DNA of 62,213 nt, counting the filler, from Basidiobolus meristosporus CBS 931.73 (taxonomy: Eukaryota; Fungi; Basidiobolomycota): NCBI GenBank assembly GCA_002104905.1. It is 4 parts of 4 records of this genome, joined end to end, with 100 filler letters (N's around TTAATTAATTAA, not from the genome) between each part and the next. Parts side by side here need not be neighbours in the genome. Positions count along the whole stretch, not along the records: positions 53,567 to 62,213 come from MCFE01001336.1; 3 more parts are not named here. One strand, written 5' to 3'. The position numbers were made by a program, and so were the translations under genes. Each line of letters begins with the position of its first letter. Position 1 is the first letter of the stretch. Below are positions 61,386 through 62,213 of this stretch, piece after piece. The notes beneath the pieces are model-generated. The model saw only the letters and a program-made list of their open reading frames with translations, had not been told where the DNA came from and did not search any database.

Positions 61386-62157
61386 TTAATCAGCCCAGGT
61401 GCAAATAATATCACCGAGGAGATTCTTGCAGACAGTACCAGAGGCGCAGCTTTGAGTAATGGCCTCGCCGTTAACGCAGGTCAAGTACTCAGGTTGAAGT
61501 CCGGAGCTGATGCACTTTCTTTCAAAGTCGCAGGCACTGGAAGCGGCAAACTCGTTGCTGGAGGCAACGGTAGGGACGACGGCACGAGTCGAGGTGGTGG
61601 TAGAAGCAGGAGCAACAGAGTGGGTGGTGGTAGGAACTGGAGTCTTGGTGGTGGAAGTAGGCTTGACAGTTGAGGTATGGGCAGCAGGGGTAGTTCTTAG
61701 CAGGAGCAGGCTTTTCTTCATGTTCAGAGGAACCATCACAGGCGACGTAAGTCCAAGAGATTTGGAACACGGCCTTGAGCCTCTAAAGCAATATGGTTGA
61801 AGGCAGCAGGACTGAGATCAAGAGAACCGAATTTGCAGCTGGGGCATTTGTCAACGATCTTAAACCTTGACAGATCCCAATGGGCCAGTAACCATAGCAC
61901 AGCTATAGCAAGCAGGACTATCACTGGGATGAGAGTAAGCACCAAATTGAGGAGCATTTATAGCAGCGATCAATTGATCAGCGGTGTTAACATTTCCACA
62001 AGCACCGAGACCAGGAGTGTAGTAAGTACCGTCACCAGAGAAACTGCCACTGCGCTTGCTGAGGTGAATGCCAGCTTCACCCTTCATTGGAAGCAGCGGA
62101 AACTTGTGAGGCAACAAACAAAATGGCCAGGGTAGAGAAATACTTAAGACTAATCAT
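61386..62157 (-). CDS. Expansin-like DPBB + CBM19-like protein, paralogue 3 (four apparent +1 frameshifts: sequencing error or recent pseudogene)
   Basis: Starts MISLKYFSTLAILFVASQVSAA at 62157. All motifs are recovered when single extra bases near 62088, 61862, 61766 and 61697 are removed. Ends ICTWAD*. Confidence 0.8.
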
Positions 62158-62213
62158 TGATCGTATAATATAAATGAATCGCTGAAGTTATCAAAACCAG
62201 TTGGATACACTTA

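Noticed and set aside
1-62213. CRISPR array, tRNA or rRNA genes
   Set aside because: No regularly spaced short repeats, cloverleaf with A/B boxes, or rRNA-like segments were found by reading. A tRNAscan-SE/Infernal run would be needed to exclude small RNAs.

Overview
This is eukaryotic, intron-containing fungal DNA. By inference it comes from an early-diverging lineage, and the gene content is Basidiobolus-like, but that is not proven. Three artificial 100-nt spacers (44 N + TTAATTAATTAA + 44 N) split the window into four contigs. CpG-poor islands of nested transposons (about 1-10.2 kb and 32.5-55.3 kb) alternate with CpG-normal gene islands (about 10.2-32.5 kb and 55.3-62.2 kb). The TE islands hold one Ty1/copia family in many copies, including a near-intact element at 36216-40898 with a TTTAG target-site duplication (TSD), two Ty3/gypsy lineages, a CACTA-type (Tnp2) transposase relic, and two copies of a 1071-bp solo LTR. 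The gene islands hold housekeeping genes (MO25, TAF11, a complex I accessory subunit, the 5' part of DDB1, RPS2) and many secreted proteins: a group XII PLA2-like protein lacking the catalytic His, a GH18 chitinase with a CBM5/12 module, several orphans and pseudogenes, and a tandem array of three expansin-like (DPBB) proteins each ending in a CBM19-like Cys module. There is also an intronless bacterial-type ydhR gene. Best leads: (1) the DPBB+CBM19-like array as a possible chitin-directed counterpart of swollenin; (2) ydhR as a horizontal transfer candidate; (3) direct sequence evidence of CpG methylation-type decay in the TEs, with both solo-LTR insertions centred on an inferred CpG; (4) a cUUCGg hairpin in the RPS2 5'UTR intron. 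No rRNA, tRNA or CRISPR array was recognised.
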